From the NCBI GenBank assembly GCA_000165425.1, contig CT868452.1, forward strand, positions 186,001 through 250,000: a stretch of 64,000 bases of DNA, given 5' to 3'. This DNA comes from Paramecium tetraurelia (taxonomy: Eukaryota). A program made the position numbers and the translations under genes. Below are positions 1 through 15,400 of this stretch, piece after piece. Position 1 is the stretch's first letter; each line of letters starts with the position of its first letter. The notes beneath the pieces are model-generated. The model was not told the DNA's origin. It did no database searches and saw only the letters and a list, made by a program, of their open reading frames with translations.

Positions 1-1401
1 TTCTTCATCATCACTATTTTCATTTGAATGTACAGGGTCATTATTAAAATGTTATTGATATGGTGATTTTGAATTAGTAATTTTCAACGTTTACTCAATT
101 TCTTTGTTCTGAAAACTGTGAGGAGATTCATTCTTCATATCACTAAATTAAACTCTCTTTTTTTAAGAAGTGCTTTGATCCTCGGACCCTATAGCATATT
201 TTGTATAGTCCTCCTTAACCAATGACTCTTTTTACGGATCATTTAAAAGGTTTGTATCTAAAGGAGCTTTAGTAAAGATCTTTACAGATTTAGGTCTCTG
301 TTTTTCTTTATTTTTTGTTGTTAAGGACTTTTTGGGTGAATTTGACTTAACTCTGTGATCTCTGACCTCAATTGAAGAATTGTTACAATTAAACATCTTG
401 TCGAATTCTGTAGATAATATTTTTTAATGGTTTTTCTCAGATTTAGGTTTTCTGGTTGGAGGTTTAGTTTTTTATAATTAAATGATTTCTTGTTTTTTAA
501 TAAATTTAGTTTCTTATTCTAATTATTCCATTACTTTAATTTATCTCTCTTTAGATAATGCTTTCTGACTTCTTTATTTCTATGCTCTTTCTTATTCTCT
601 CTTCTATCTGGCCTACTCTAAAAGCAGTGCTTGTGTTTCTATCATTGTTTGGTTTGCTTTTTCCATGGCATTTTCTTTTTCCAAATCTATATCATGTTTA
701 ACTACTTAAGGATTATGAAAGCATGTATTAGCGAAATCTTCAGGCTTTAATATTTATCTACGAGATATGTTTTTATCAAATTTTTCATAACTCTCTAGAT
801 CTTAAGTAAATGTAGATGATGTCTTATTTTTTGAGGATTCTTTGTAAATAGCAACAGATTAAGCTTCTTTTTGTTTTTCAATAATCGATGCTTCTTTTCT
901 TTAATTTTAAATTTAAAGTGCCTTTCCTTATGATGTTTCCAAAAAGGATTGTTTTTTCCATTCCTAGGCTTCTTGAAATCTTTTTTAAGCCTGCTCTTCA
1001 TAGTAAGCCTACATTTTCAACTTTTCCTACTACAATTCATATTCTCTCTATCTGTATTCCTCAGCCTCCCTTGCTTACCGTTATTAATCGAGTATCGTTT
1101 ATTAACGTGCTTACTCCAATTATTCAATCTAAGCCTTCTTTTATAAGTATTCCTAATATTTTTATTTCTTCATCTCTTCCTCTTATTATTTTTGCTGTTG
1201 CTACTACTGAAGTTGTATTTTCTTTTTGGTTAAGTCTGATTCTTATTTACGAATCTATTGTTATATTTAATACTTTACCTATTACATTCTCTGAGCCCTT
1301 AATTGAGTGTTTTGTTGTTGAGCAAATAATTCAGCCTCGAAAGTACCTATGAATCCTGTTTTCGTTTACACTTTAGTTAGCCTTGGTGAGAAAGAACTCA
1401 T
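1..1401 (-). CDS. Q/E/K-rich coiled-coil protein of unknown function, 3' end runs off window
   Basis: ATG at 1401 after an AT-rich spacer; ciliate-code frame MSSFSPRLTKVQTKTGFIGTFEAELFAQQQ followed by Q/E/K-rich helical sequence; the + strand ORFs in the track are its antisense shadow. Confidence 0.7.
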
Positions 1402-1868
1402 AAATTTTAAATAATATTTATAGAAAATAATTTAAATGACAGTTAATTAATTTCTAAAATAAATTATATATCCACATTATTATAATATTTAATCTTATTC
1501 AAAGTGAAAAAATCACATTAATGTAATTAATAGATACTTAAAGCCTTCTTTCAAGAATCTTGATTTATCAAAATGTAAAATATAAATACTGAATTAAATG
1601 AATTATATGGGAAGTATTTTTTATTAAGAAACTACTAAAAATTAGATAAAATTGAGATATATACAAATTTTCTTTAAAATAGCCCATGTATATTTTTATA
1701 ACTTAGAATTTATGAAAATGATAATAATATATTTATAATTGAATTATTCCTAGCATTCTTTTTTCAAATTCTTTATTTTAAATCAATTCCTATTTTTAAA
1801 TAGTTATTTTATAAGAAAATCATTAGAATCCAAAAGATAGTTTAATATTATATAATGTCCATTATTAA

Positions 1869-4800
1869 TCAATAAAAAAGAGTAATCGGAGCACCTGTCT
1901 CTTGTAAAGATTAATGACCAAAGCGTGGTTTCAATTTTTGGATTAATAATTTCATCTGTTGTATTAGGTCGAAAATTAGAGAAATTGCTAAAATCATAGT
2001 AGATGTAAAAATATGAACCCAGCCTATGTTTATGCATTATTACAATGTTAATTCCAATTCAACTCTATTGGAATATATCAAAAAGGTTAAAACATTAAAT
2101 ATGAGAATGGACTCTGTGGACACCATTTTATAATATTCGAAGCTATTCGATAAGGGTTTATTCAGAATCATATAGCCCAAAAAGAATGATTAATTGATTG
2201 CTACACAAACAGTTTATAGTTAGCCTTCATTTTACATAAAAACAATAATAGATATGAAAATCTACTTTTTAATCAATAAGATAGAATTATATTGAGTAAT
2301 CCAATATGATTTATTTTCTTGGATTCCATCAAAAAGTGCATCATATTAAATTTTCTTTTTTATGCTAGTTGAATCATTAAAGTGATGCATGATACTTAAA
2401 GAGTAAATTGAAATGCCTAAATAAGATAAGTATACAAATAGTGAGAGATAAGAATTAAATATTAAAATAGGATCTTCTTTTTAAAAATAGTTTAATTAAA
2501 TAGTTGTTGCAAAGCATACGTCATAAGCATTTGACATAAAAATTCTCAAAATTCCATTATAATAAAATTCTTTGGCTTTTTTTTTCAAGGTCTTTCTAAA
2601 TTCTAGAATCTTTTTTCCCATACCAAAGGTTACTTTGGAAATATAGTATGGGCCCAAACGATAAAGGGCACAATGAGAATAATAAGTAAGTAAATACCCA
2701 GAATAAGCTGTGATAAAGCAAAATAGAAAACTCTAGAAATTTATAAAAAAATAGGCATTGATTTCATCCTTCTCAAATTTGGATTAAGTTTTAACAAAAT
2801 ATGTGGCTTCACCGTCAAGAGAATTAAATATTGAATCAATCCCTAAAGTTTTCATTAGCGGAGAGATTGTTACTAAGTTGAAAATGTCGAAGTATATATT
2901 TAAATTATTTGGAAATTGTATATTCACGTACTTGATATAGGACAAGTATTGTAATTGGTCCATTAAATTCCAAAAGATTTCAGTAGAGCCTGTTAATAAG
3001 CAAATTGATGAGATGCCTGCTAATGAATAAATGATTGCCTCATTAAAGACAGTAGCACTTTCAGCAATGGCCTTTTAATCTGCAGTTAAAACCATTGGTG
3101 TTAACAATTAGAGAGATTTTTAATCCTCTTCTAATGTCAAGTTAAACTCTGATATGATAGGATTATTTAAAAATTTCACTTTAAAGACAGGTTCATCGAT
3201 AGGAACATAAAAATTAATCATAAATCTAATGACAATTTCGCTAATTTCATCACTTGATTTTTAAATAGACTGAGTTACAAAATAGTCACTAGTTCTAAGA
3301 TTTATAATTTCAGTCTCTATATTGTTAGTCACATCACCTACAAGGTTTTCATTAAATTTCATCTTCTAATCAAATACTAAATCCACTTCTTCATAATCTT
3401 CAGGTACTTTTGTTATTAGATTTAACTTAAATTCTGGTATTTTAGAGTAGAAACAATTAGAAAAGCTGCCTTCAGTATTGAGACAAATAAAATTGGTTTC
3501 AATTACACAATGTCTATTGCAACCATCTCCATCATCATTATTCCCATCATCACATTACTCTGCTAATTTCACAAAATAGCCATCTCCACATTTAGTCTAA
3601 CAAGTATTCTTATCTAGATTTCTCCCAGGTTCACATTACTAACATACTCCTTCTTAACAATCAATACAAAATTGGTCACAAGCAAATTAACAAAGGTGAC
3701 ATCCATCATTGAAATCATCATTCATGTCATCACACTTTTCATATCCTATTACCAATCCATCTCCACAATATGGTAAACAATGATGATTTTCTACAACCCA
3801 ACCTAGTTTATTGCATTCATAACATATTCCTCGGTCACAAAAAGTACAAATTTCTTCGCATTGATAGAAACATTCATAGCATCCATCATATTATAAATTA
3901 TTCCCATCATCACATTATTCATACCCTTAAACAACATATCCATCTCCACAGAGAGGGTTACAAAGATTATTCAATAAGGTCCAACCTTTTACTTCGCATT
4001 TATAGCAAACACCTTTTTGACAATCAGTGCATTATTCCTAACATTGATACTTGCATTGATAGCAACCATCATAGGGGATTATATTGCCATCATCGCATTC
4101 TTCATTTCCAACGACTAATTTATCTCCACAATAAGGAAAACATTAATTCCATTCTAAATACCAACCCATTGTATCACATTCTTCACAAAAGCCTTTTAAA
4201 CATTTAGTACACTGATTTTAACATTAATAATAACATTCAAAACATCCATCTTCACCTAAATCATTGCCATCATCACATTATTCATCGCCAATAACAACAC
4301 CATCTCCACAGACAGGTTAACATTATCTTGTTGTTAAGTTTAATTCCCAACCTATTCCTTTGCACTCATAACAGTGATTATCTATACATGTAGTACATTG
4401 TTAATGACATTAAGATTTACAATCAGAACATCCATCATTTAAAATATTATTACCATCATCACATTCTTCATCATGAGTAGAAATGCCATCTCCACAAATG
4501 CTAAAACAATGATTTTTCTTTTTGTTCAGGTAATATCCAACTTAACATTATTTGCATTAACCTTCAAAACAAAGATAGCAATATAAGTCACATTAAAATT
4601 AACAATTAAAACATCCATCATAAGCAATATCGTTTCCATCATCACAATCTTCATCTATTGATTTAATTTTATCTCCACATTTGGAAATGCAAATATTTCT
4701 AAGTATATCTACTTAATGTCCAGAACTCTTATTGCAATCCAAACATTCTCCTTTAACACAAGCAGAGCAATTTTAAGGACAATCAAATTTAGTTTAAAAA

Positions 4801-7800
4801 CAGCCATCTAATGCTGATAGATTGACATCATCACATTGTTCTTTACCAACAACTAGTCCATCGCCAATAATCTCATAGCAGAGATTATTAAAATTAAAAT
4901 ATCCATTTTGACATTATTTACACTTCCCAAGTTCACATTTAATGCAAGCCATTTAACATTGATATTATGACTGATAGCAACCATCATAAGGATTTCTATT
5001 AAAGTCATCGCATTCTTCAGAACCAACAATTAATGAATCTCCAGATATTGGATAACAACTGTTATAAAATTTATCCAATTGCCATCCTTTTTTGCATTTA
5101 TGACATAAGCCTTTATAGCAAAGTTCGCAAGTGTCTTAACATTAGAATCTACAACTTTAACAATTCACACTAATCAAATCATCACATTCTTCGTAATTAA
5201 TAAGTATAATGCCATCTCCACAAATAGGCTCACATTTCAATAGAATATCATTGTATTCCCATCCTTCTGTATTGCATTCTAAACAACCATAATTTTAACA
5301 ATTTGTACAAGAATCTTAACAACTGAATTAACATTTATAACAACCATCAAATCTTAAATTATTCTAATCATCACAAGTTTCCATAGGCTTAGTAATTTGA
5401 TTATCACCACAAATATGATCAACAATACAAGTATTTGTTCGTCTTTCTATTGTGTATCCATCTTCGCAAATCACACAAGTTCCTTTAATACATTCCACAC
5501 AATTCTTATTACAAGAATATACGCATTGATCGCACCCATCCATTGGTTCTGAATTAGCATCATCGCAGTACTCAACTAAAGGTACTTTAACGGAGTCACC
5601 ACATTCTGTTGCACATGTTTTATCATTTTGTAAATACCAACCATTAGTTTCATCACATTCGAGACAGGTCCCAAAATAGCAATCAATACAGTTTGAAGAA
5701 CATGAAAATTTACATTTAAAACATCCATCATATGGAGTTAAGTTATTGTCTTCGCATTATTCAAACTTAGCAACAATACTATCACCACATATTGGAGCAC
5801 ATTTATTTGAAAGTAACTTATATCCATCTTAACATATTAGACATTTTCCTGATACACAATTTGCACATGGTTCATCACATGTAAATTTGCAATTATGACA
5901 ACCATCAAAAGGATTGTTATTGCCATCATCACAATCTTCTCCATTAACAACTAGAGTATCTCCACATATAGGCAAACAAGGTAAATTAACACCATCATCG
6001 TAATATCCTATTTGACAAACACATGTATTAAATAAGATTGCTCTATAATAATCAGTAACACATGACAGGCAATTATTTTTATTAGAACCATTGCAATTTT
6101 CACAAAATTTATTACATTTTAAACACGTACTCCCTGAAAGGTAATAGAATGAAAAACATTAACAAACTCCATTTTATAATGAAAATTGAGTTGATTAGCA
6201 GGATGTACATTCATCCAAGTTATTACATGTAAGACAACCAATCTAAGTGCAGGTGTTGCAAGTATATGTTTCTGTTGCTGAATTAAATGTTTGAAATTAA
6301 TTTGAAGCACATAATGAACTAGTTTTGCCAGATTCCCATGTTATGCAAACCGTATCACTTGAACAATCAGCACAAAATGGAGGACACTTATAAAATTGTG
6401 ATCAATAAATACATAATGCACAACAATAAAATACTCTGAAATAGCACAAAACTATTATCGGATATCTGAATCACCACCTGTACATTAGAATTCAATATTC
6501 AAAGGCGATGTTTTGAATGGGGTTTTAAGAATATTGAAATGTCTGGTTCTTTCTTATTTATTTCTACCTACAACATTTTAACCTCCAGAAGGTGGGATAG
6601 CATAGGCAGTACTCAAATCAGTTCCAATTTAGTAATAAAAATTACCAGAATATTCATCTCCATATGTTAAATTAAATCTTATGGTAACAGCATAGTGAGG
6701 TTTAGAGATTGTCCAAGATTTAATATACTTGGCATTATTCCAAACCATGACACCTCCTAGAACAAACTTTTTGGGAAAAAATGAAAATTTTTAGCCTGTT
6801 TTAAAATTTGTAGTTGGATTAGTAACTGAATCAAAGAAAGTTGAAACTTGTTAACTTGTCATATTCATATCATAGAATCCTTTTGCTAAATATCTGGAAT
6901 CTAAATTAAATAATATAACTACAAGGTATCATATCAGCGTAGTCGACACAATTCGAGGAATGAACTGGACATTGGGAGATACAACCATTCTAGTATAATA
7001 TATAACCAGTTTCACATTGTGAACAATCGTTAAAATTAGAACATATTTTACAATTCTCTTAACATAATCCTGTATCGATGGTTACATTATTAAATCCCCA
7101 AGATTCTGTATTCTATTATAATTTTCCTTACAGAGTTAATATTGGCGAGTTAGTAAACGATTTAAGAATAGCTTCTATTCTGACTAAAGAATATGGTTTA
7201 GAATCGCAATTATCACTTTTAGAATATATTTTAGTGCATGAATTAAATTAGAAACTTCCTGATTAAGCTATGATTTAACTTTAAAGTATATCATCTAAGT
7301 AAATTTCTATTTTACTGTCCGTTTAGAGACTAAAAAGATAAAGTGTTATTCTTAATCTGATAAACTTTAGAGCATTTATGTTCTATATTCTTAAAAACAT
7401 TCCCTCACAAAATTTAATTTCACCGACAAAATCTTTACTATCACAATCATCATAAATAAGTCCAGTATTTGAGTATTTTAAGAGATCGGGAATAAATACA
7501 AATGGTGTGTATCTTGGATAGACAGAGGAGGAAATTGAATTAGAGTCAAAATATTTAACGTTTGATTTAATTCTTCTATCAGGCACACAAATATTATCAG
7601 ATTAAGCTATGAAATAATCTCGATCACATTCTTATCTACACCCAACAGTAGTTTGGGCGAATTAATTATCTGATGGGCATGAACATTACCCAGATGATAC
7701 AGAGTTATAATAACAAGACTGGCACTAATTTTTTGCTGCACCATTACAAGTTTTACAAGTTGGATAACATGTATTTACGTAAATGAGTAAATTTCTGATA

Positions 7801-8351
7801 AACACTGTTACATCATCTTTCTCTGGATCTAAGCAGAATGTAATCCAAAACTTCTCTGCATTGTTATCTAAGATACTACTTACTACAGTATATTAATCAA
7901 ATTCAGTATCTGAACCTCCAGTGCAAATTCTGTTTGATTTTTATGTCAGATCAGCTTCTTTATAATTTTTTTCAAATAGCGTATTTGTTGTGGATGAAGA
8001 GTCTTCATGATAATCAACACTTAAACTTGAAAATTTATCTCTATCTGCACGGTTAAAATATACATCAAAGATTATTTAAGTTTGAAAACTTTAATATTCA
8101 TAAGACTTATAAAGTTTTGCTTTGTCCTTTTTAATTAAGGCATAATCTAAAGAATTTACAGAATTATCGCACTATCCAGATTAGAAATCTTATTCACAGT
8201 TGTCTCCACAATGATCGCAACTTTTCTTGACTTTCCAATCGTTTTCATCAATTGAAGTATCATTGAAATTAGAATCAATCTGAATCCAATCTGCATTGGT
8301 CAAATAGAGCCATAGGTTAACTAGAATAAGTTACTTAACAAATGAGATCAT
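1869..8351 (-). CDS. Large Cys-rich surface/membrane protein: signal peptide, furin-like CxxC repeats, about 14 CGDG..E.CDDGN..DGC repeats (Myxococcus Cys-rich/DUF4215-like), C-terminal multi-pass TM region
   Basis: Starts MISFVKQLILVNLWLYLTNA; repeated CGDG/CDDGN/DGC units; hydrophobic helices about 1950-3050; introns 6901-6922 and 6387-6412; TGA at 1869-1871. Confidence 0.85.
3540..5980 (-). repeat. Intragenic tandem array of about 14 diverged Cys-rich repeats (about 60 aa each)
   Basis: tctccaca/tcaccaca-type motif (CGD on minus strand) recurs every about 180-190 nt. Confidence 0.8.
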
Positions 8352-8940
8352 ATAAATATTATAAATATCAGCTATATTGGTTTTAATTATGAAATCAATA
8401 GATTTCGTCATTAGAGAACGTGATAAAAAGGATATTAATTTTCCAGTTTTTTTGACAAAAATGTTGAATATTATGTTTCAAGCACACCTTTCTGATTCTG
8501 TATGTTTACGTAGTTCAGTTTAAGTGAACAATAAAATATATATTCCAACAATAATAAATTATCATTAATATTATTAAATTTATTTTATTCATTATCATAA
8601 TTAATAATCCATATTTCCTTCAAAAGTTGTGTGGTTGTCGAGTAAAATTAATTTATTAACAAATTTATGTGAGTAAAGAAGGTGGATAAACTATCCAACT
8701 GTCTCACAAACACTTTTCTACAAAAACAACTCATGTATAATAGATATTTTAGATATTAATTTTATCAAACTAAAATATCTTAATTGTTCATAGATTGGAA
8801 ATACATTTAAATATTCATCATTGTATAGGAAGAGTATCAATCATCTTCATAATGAAGTAAAAAAACAAAAGTTTATTCAATAATATGTGATATTTAACTT
8901 AATATATAGATACAATTTTTATTTAATAATTATTAATATA

Positions 8941-9938
8941 TCATTCTTATCTCTAAGTTACTGCTTCAGCCCCTTTTCTGTGTGACATCATCTTCGTAAA
9001 ATTTCTCAAAAATTTTGGCAAAGAGCTTTCTATATATACTTAGAATTAGTGAATGCAATTTGGAGTAATTTCATTAGTCCTACCAACATACTTCCATGTG
9101 GATTGAACTAGCTTTTGAGGTGATATAATAAGCAATCCTTTTTAATGTCCTATCATAGCAGTGCTTACATATTAGGGTTTTAAAGTTAAGATATCAATAT
9201 TCTTATTGTTCCTTAGTTCTAATGCCAAAGCATCAAAAAAACTTGCCATTCCAACCTATATACGTTTTATTCTCATACTTTAGATGATCCATAACCAAAA
9301 AAATATGGGAATGGATAATTTTATGAAGCAGAACCCAAATTCAAAATTAAAGATTAGTATTTATTCCTTAATAACATTTGATTGATCACTGCCTATGTTA
9401 CCATAATTGGTGCAACAAAGTTAATGTTAAAACCTTCTATAATATTTTTCATAGGCAGTCTATCGAATATTCCAAAACAACCTTTGTTTGTTCCAACATT
9501 GTTAATTAATATTGAAATGTCTAACTTAGAGATTTCTTATTAGAATTTCTTAAAGAATTCTGCATTGTCACCTTTGCTGAAATCAATCAATAAGGTTTTC
9601 ACCATCAAGTCACTCTTTATTTATTTTACATCCTATTATATTGAATCCAAACCAGCCTAATTGAAATCTACAATTATTAAATTGAATCCCTTCCTTGCTA
9701 AATCTAAAGCAAATTCTCTTCCAATGCCTCCAGCTCCTCCTGTTATTAGTGCATATGATCCCTTCCCATACCTATTTGCAACATCTACTTATTGTAAACT
9801 TAAAGTTGAAATAATAGCTTTTGCTCTTCTGAAGAAAAATTTGGCTGTTAGACATAATCCTAAAATTGCTAAATGAGGATCTATTCTTCGTTTATTCCTT
9901 GAGTAAACCTTAAGAGCTCCGCCTAGTATGTTACTCAT
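8941..9938 (-). CDS. Short-chain dehydrogenase/reductase (17-beta-HSD12 / very-long-chain 3-oxoacyl-CoA reductase-like)
   Basis: [25 protein letters not shown]ossmann motif; LINNVG; catalytic YGSSK. Confidence 0.85.
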
Positions 9939-10576
9939 ATTTTATTTTTTAGATATATTAATAAATTCTAAAAAAACAAAGAATAAAATTATTAAATGTT
10001 AGGTATTGATTAACATTCAGTTTTATTAAGTTTGTTTTTCTGCACTTACATTTTATTAATAAAATCAATTGTCTGCACATCCTTGTTAATATTAATTATA
10101 TATATAAATTTAACTCAAATTAGTTTTACTTTTTCCTTAATCAAGAAGTAAGGAAATTAATTATCTTATTATAGCTCTTTTTTATTAATGGTATCATCAA
10201 AGTTTTATTATTTTAAAAGAATTTTTTATTTAAGTAAATATAATTGCTATTATGATCTAATTTGTCACTTTTTTAATGACTGATGATTTCCGAGTTTTTG
10301 ATATTTCAAATAAAAATAATTAGAAACAAAGATAATAAAGATCAAAAATTGGGATGTTTAATGAGCACTTAGGTCTTCATATTCTTTAAAAATAAGTTAT
10401 TATCTTTTCTCAGCTGCAAAAATAAATTAAAGTACAAATATATAAATATAAAATTGTGTTTATGTTTTAGGTAGATATAGTATAAGTTCATCCTTGAACT
10501 GTAAAAAATACAGTATAAATTATAGTCTTTAATGCAGATAATAGAGAATTAATTTAATTATATTTATTATATAGTA

Positions 10577-12339
10577 ATGATCATAGTTTTGATATAAATT
10601 CTCTTTACGTTGACTTTGAGTAACAGAATCATTAATCCACCAGTGAAGATTGTAGAAGAGACTTTTACATCGAATGATTTTTATAGACAAGCCTCTGAAA
10701 TTATTGAAATACCTTATGGAGCGTAATATATATAATCCATATAATTTTAGATATCCAGGAGTCTTTGCCATAGACTTACATCAGAGAGTAAAGGGAGAGA
10801 TTAGCAATAAGAGCATTAATTTAGGAGACTTTGAGAAAGTTGAGGAGGATCTTTTAGAGGAAGACGGTTGCTATTCCATTTAGAGGAATATTTAGATCAG
10901 TATGAAATTGAAGCTTTGGCTTGACAAAAGTGGATTAACAAGAGATATATACTGTACTGATGTTGCATTGGCTGAGAAATTTAGGTAGGCTTATGTTGTT
11001 AGAAATGATTTCAAGATTATATAAGTGGATTTGAATTACGGGCTATTCTAATTATTACTTAACCCAATATAGACTTCCTTTGCCAATATGCTTGACTACG
11101 ATGAGGATAATACTGATTATCATCCTTATTTAGTGAGTGACAAGAAATCAAATAAAATATTTATTTTTACAACAAATGGAGGTTTGAGCTTTGAGAGTAA
11201 TTAAAAGAAAGAGATAGAATTTAAGGCTGAAAAGGAAATTAAAAAAAGGGATAAAATCTATAATGTGCATTATAACGAAAAGCATTAATTAATATTTGTG
11301 GCATGTGGATATGAAGGTGTGGATATATACAAAATCAATAATGGGAATTTAGAATTGTTAATGGATATCTCAGCAGATTATTTGGGGATTGATAGTTAAA
11401 TAGTTGATGTCAATAGTAATGGAGAAGATCAATTATATGTACTAGATATTGAGAGAGGATTAAAATTTTATTGGATTAAAAATCTTATGGAGCTTGTTTA
11501 TGAATTTACAATCATTATTTCGCATGCTCATAGTTTTGATTTTTATGATAATACATTTTTTATTGTAGCTAAAACAATCAATAAATAAGATTTTGCAATA
11601 GAGGTCTTTGTTAATTAAGTGACCTACGATTATTATATTAATAACTATTTTTTTGATGAAATGACCATTAATGATGTAAATGTCTTTTAGTATTACGCTG
11701 TATTGATTGGAGATGATGGTCATAAGATTATTTATCATTCAGTTTATTAAGGTATATTGATATAATTTAAAATAGGTTTCTTAAACGAAAATTTAGTTTC
11801 TCATACAACATTCTATTAAGCAGATTTGGTAAAGGTTAAAGAATTTGAATTTGAGGGAGAGGAGTTCTCGAATCAAAGAATCTTCGCAGCAATTAGCAAA
11901 TATGAATTCTAAATGATTAACATTATTATGAACATGCCTAAGATAGAATGCAAATACAAAGATCCTGGAGTGAGATAGTTTTATGTGAAGATTAATTCAA
12001 CCAGCTGCGCAGAAAAGGAGAAGGAGAAGAACCTAAATTATCAATTTACTTTATGCAATGTATCTCATTCATTCACTTTTACAACAACAGAAGTATGCTT
12101 ATGCTTAATATTATTAGTTGGCTGGAAATTACAATACATATGCTTATTACACTCTTACCCTGTATGTTTTGGTTGTGGTTGGTATTTGGCTGGTTGTTAT
12201 TCTGTACTACTTAATAAAGAAGTGGGGATATAAGATAAAATACTTAATTTGGAGAAAGAAGATCGTTGATGCCACTGCTCCTTACAATGAGAGCTTTGAT
12301 ATAAAGGAAACAGAACTACCAGAAGCAAAACCAAAATGA
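10577..12339 (+). CDS. Type I membrane protein of unknown function (signal peptide, beta-rich ectodomain, C-terminal TM)
   Basis: MIIVLIQILFTLTLS signal; several tiny introns; TM YTLTLYVLVVVGIWLVVILYYLIKK; TGA ends at 12339. Confidence 0.7.
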
Positions 12340-12454
12340 AATTTATTTCATAAAATACTCAAAGAAATAATTTATTTTTAACAATCAATTATTTATTAGG
12401 GATCATATATATATATATATAATTATTATTTGATTAACTAGTTTTAGAGTAAAT

Positions 12455-15400
12455 ATGACTGAAACAAAGAATGTACAAATTGAGTTACAGGCACCTCATG
12501 CCTTAAGTAGTGCAGAGGACAGAGATTCTAGAAATTTGTTTGGTAATAACTAATTTATTAATCCGAGATTATTAATATGATAACATTGAAAAGAAGGGAA
12601 ACTACGCTCAAAAATATCAATCAAAGAATAGGAAAATTACATCTAATAGGCCAGATTATCAATTGCCCAATAATAGCATCTAAACTTCCAAATATACATT
12701 ATTGAACTTTTTTCCAAAATAGTTATTTGAGTAATTTTCGAAGTTGGCAAATGTCTATTTCGTGGTATGTTACAATAAGTATCAAATTAGTTAATGGGTG
12801 CATTATAAATGGTTCCAGAGGTTTCGATAAGTTCAGGAGTTCCAACTATTTATTTGCCTTTGGGTTTCATCATTTTGGTAAGCGGAGCAAAAGATTTCTA
12901 CGAAGATTACAAAAGAAGAACTTCTGATAATGAGGAGAACAAACAATAGGTGACTGCATTTGACGGTAAAGACTTTGTGAAGATCCCTTCATATGAATTG
13001 AGAGTTGGTCATATTGTGAAGGTGAATTAGGATGAAATAATCCCAGCAGACATGATCCTATTGAGATCTAGTGAAATAAAGGGCATTTGCTATGTGGAGA
13101 CCAAATCGTTAGATGGTGAAACTAATCTAAAATAAAAGAATGTTCATGTCGATCATCTTTAGACTTTTAAATCGGATGATTGTTTTGGTCAATTGGATAA
13201 GAGGATCATCTTGAAATATTAAGCACCAACTCCGTATTTGTATAAATTCATCGGAGAAACTACTACTTCCAATCTATAGGTTTCATCGATAAATTTTAAT
13301 AATTTTCTTTTGAGAGGATGTAACTTGAGAAATGTGAAATATGTTTTTGGCCTAGTTGCTTATACTGGTCATGATACTAAGATTATGATGAATTCGTATA
13401 AGGCCAGAACAAAACGAAGTAAATTGGAACTCAAGATGCAAAAGTTTATTTTAATAATATTTATAACTCAGTTTATCATGTGCATCATAGCATCTCTTGT
13501 CTATTCAATTACATATTACAATAACCGAAAATACCTGAATTACTTATATATTGGAGTCCATTCATCCGAATATACTATTCCTTATAACTTTTTTGTTAGA
13601 TTTGGCAATTGGATGCTCATATTTAATAACTTTGTGCCTATTTCTTTGTTAGTTACTCTAGAGATGGTTAAATTTATTCAAGGTAAAATAATGACCTTGG
13701 ATGAGAAACTTAATTAGCCAAGAGTCTAAACCTCTAACTTAAATGAGGAGCTTGGCCAAATTGAACATATCTTCAGTGACAAAACTGGTACTTTAACATG
13801 TAATATAATGGAGTTTAAACAAATAATAATGTATATTTATCAATTTAAAGTAGAGGCAATCAAAATTACGGGGATATATTGAGGTCTTCAGATGATTATA
13901 TAAGAGATGATGAATTGCTTAACTACCCGCAAGTTAGTAATGTAGATTTTAGAGACAAGACTTTGATCTAGGCCATTAATGACAAATCTCATGTGATGCA
14001 TGAGAAAGTTGAGGAGTGTTTGAAGATGATTGCCATTTGTCACACCGTAATCAGTGATTAGAAAGATGGAAAATTGATATATAATGCGACTTCACCGGAT
14101 GAATTGGCATTATTGAATTTTGCTAGATTTGTGGGATTTGAATTTTTAGGAACGGATGAAAACAATATCAAGAGAATAAGTTATTAGGAATAAATAATCG
14201 AGTATCAATTATTGGAGATGTTCGAATTCACATCTGCCAGAAAAAGACAATCAATTTTAGTCTAGGTAATTAATACTGGAGACATATATCTGTTTTCGAA
14301 AGGGGCAGACTCTGTATTGTTGGATTAAGTGAGATTATCAAGAGAGGAATTGAATAAGAATGAGTATCATCAATTAGTATAGAGATTACAAGAGTATGGT
14401 AAGATAGGATTAAGAACGTTGGTTCTATCAAAAAGAAAACTAAGTAAGTAGGAATATGAGGAGTGGCATAAACGTTATTAATAAGCAACATAGTAAATTG
14501 AAAATCGAGAAGAGAAAATGTAAGTGCTTTAGGATGAATTGGAGAAGAACTATGAAATTTTGGGAGCAACTGCAATTGAAGATAAATTATAATAAGATGT
14601 GTCGGATACAATTGCAGCCGTCAAAGCAGCTGGAATTAAAGTTTGGGTGTTGACAGGAGATAAAATTGAAACAGCTATTAATATTGGATACTCTTGTTCT
14701 TTGTTAACTAATAATTTAGTATAACATATTGTGGATGAGAAGGAAGAATTGCTAATTAATGAGAGATTAGATGATATTTTAAACAAGATACCCACTCTTC
14801 AAACCACATAAGGATAGGCTTTAATTATTTCAGGTGATGCCTTGTTACATGCATTGAAGCCTGATATCTAAAAGAAGGTAGCAGAAGTGTGTGGCTTTTG
14901 TGAGGTTGTGTTATGTTGTAGAGTAAGTCCAAAATAGAAATAAGATGTGGTTTCTTTGATTAGAGGGAGAAATCAATAATGTTCAACTTTAGCCATAGGA
15001 GATGGTGCGAATGATGTAAATATGATAACAGCTGCTCATGTTGGAGTGGGCATTAGAGGAGTTGAAGGTTAATAGGCAGCAAGAGCAGCTGATTACAGTG
15101 TATAGGAATTCAGAGAATTAAGAAGACTATTATTTTTTCATGGAAGGGAATGTTATCGCAGGAACAGTGTTTTGGTTTGTTACACATTTTATAAAAATAT
15201 ATTGGTGGTTTTACCATAATTTTGGTATGGCATTCTCTCAATGTTCTCAGCTTAATCCTTGTATGATACTTTCATTTATTAATTATTTAATATTTTGTAT
15301 GGAGCCTTGCCGATTATGATATATGGAATATTTGATGAGGAGTATGATGCTGATTAATTGACGGATAATAAATTGTAAAACTATTATTAGTAGGGTCCTC

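Noticed and set aside
888..1352. 154-aa hydrophobic + strand ORF in the track (and similar ones at 3770-4207, 18967-19266, 45974-46282, 48756-49004)
   Set aside because: Antisense shadows of minus-strand genes read with the wrong genetic code
3540..5980. Regularly spaced repeats resembling a CRISPR or mobile array
   Set aside because: They are in-frame protein repeats in a eukaryotic gene, diverged at the DNA level
10252..10497. Short + strand frame MIQFVTFLMTDDFRVF
   Set aside because: No recognisable motif; TGA-free stretches of this size arise easily by chance under a one-stop code
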